A program made the translations under genes and the position numbers. 64,000 nucleotides of DNA from the human T2T-CHM13v2.0 reference genome, Homo sapiens. Where the stretch lies: the NCBI RefSeq assembly GCF_009914755.1, contig NC_060947.1; one strand, given 5' to 3'. Below are positions 63,119 to 64,000 of this stretch, piece by piece (positions within the stretch are counted from its first letter, which is position 1; each line of letters opens with the position of its first letter). Under the pieces are notes generated by a model, which was given only the letters and a program-made list of their open reading frames with translations, did not search any database and had not been told where the DNA came from.

Positions 63119-63851
63119 CTACCAAAGGGACAGGCAGGCAACCACCAGTGAGAGGACAGATGCAGCCCTATCAATCAATCACCGAGTAACCAAGGGTGAC
63201 CGTAGCAGTGCCTGGGCTCGGGGCTCAGCGCCACTGCTGCCCCTTTTCTGGCCACTCCCTGGATCCTGCTGGCAGTGGCCCTCAGAGCAGGAGGCTGGAG
63301 TATGCCTCCAGGAGCCAGCCTGTCCTCGCCTGATTTATCTACCCTTCCCCCCATCGACTACAGCTTCCAGGGAGCAGGGACCATTTCTGGTTTCTCTTTC
63401 CTCTTCATTATTCCTTCCAGCATGAAGCATGGTGCTTTGGGTGGGGTAAAACTAAAAAAAAATCCATGTTAAAAAGAATGACAAATCACCTAGGGACGAT
63501 TACTGTTTTTAGTTGGAGAAAAGGGCCGAGAAGGCTGCCCATGGGGCAGGCCAGGGTGGCATGGAGATTGGCTCCTTTCTTTCACCAGGGTTCTAAGGGG
63601 TGTCTGGCAAATGCAAAGAGCTTGCTAGCCCAGAAATGCTGAGTCTCAGGTGAAGAAAAAGGCTGATGCCAATAAATGCTGGAAAGACATTTTTGCCAAA
63701 TATGAGGGTGAAGGGGCTAGACAGCTCAGAGCTACAAATGGCCTGTCAATTAGAATGAGCCCAAAAGGAGCACAAGAGGTCAGAGTCCATGCAATGAAGC
63801 CCTTATTGTGAACCCACAGAGGGGCCCGCCTCTGCGTTTTTCTCATCGTAC

Positions 63852-63905
63852 CTCTCGGGTCGTCGAGGATGGGAGGACATAACCATCGATGGAGAGACCG
63901 TGGCA
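63852..63905 (-). CDS. PHKA2: PHKA2 third-last coding exon (54 nt, CHGLSIDGYVLPSSTTRE; exon 31 of 33 by recalled numbering)
   Basis: Minus-strand acceptor ...tccag at 63906-63910 and donor GAG|gtacga at 63851. The 18 codons match the recalled phosphorylase kinase alpha C-terminal region and splice in frame to the next exon. Confidence 0.93.
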
Positions 63906-64000
63906 CTGGAGGCAGAATAGAGCGCATTTCAGTCAGATTCCAGAATGGGATAAGCACATGCATGCACACACAGGCGTGCATGCACACACAGCACCCTCTG

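Overview
Primate (almost certainly human) genomic DNA, Alu-dense, with no prokaryotic features. The right end (- strand) holds the last three coding exons and 3' UTR of PHKA2 (phosphorylase kinase alpha-2, C-terminus ...NSGCQMQ*). From recalled knowledge this places the window on Xp22.13, downstream of PHKA2. Bases 1-40,300 are an AT-rich stack of transposable elements: a MER4-group ERV1 provirus remnant with a recognisable env TM fragment, MLT2/ERVL, an LTR10-like LTR, MER4, an LTR5 (HML-2) solo LTR, MER50, THE1, old L1s, DNA transposons and about 35 Alus. Two processed pseudogenes (BLOC1S6-derived on -, HAUS1-derived on +) each sit inside ERV sequence. Bases 40,300-61,000 are GC-richer and largely unique or MIR-type, with a palindromic AT/GATC minisatellite at about 50.2-50.6 kb. 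I found no evidence of a new protein-coding system. The notable points are nested insertions, a very young AluY, an end-truncated LTR5, the palindromic minisatellite and antisense splice/poly(A) signals over the PHKA2 3' UTR. Repeat subfamily names and parent-protein comparisons come from memory of consensus sequences and need RepeatMasker/Dfam/BLAST confirmation.
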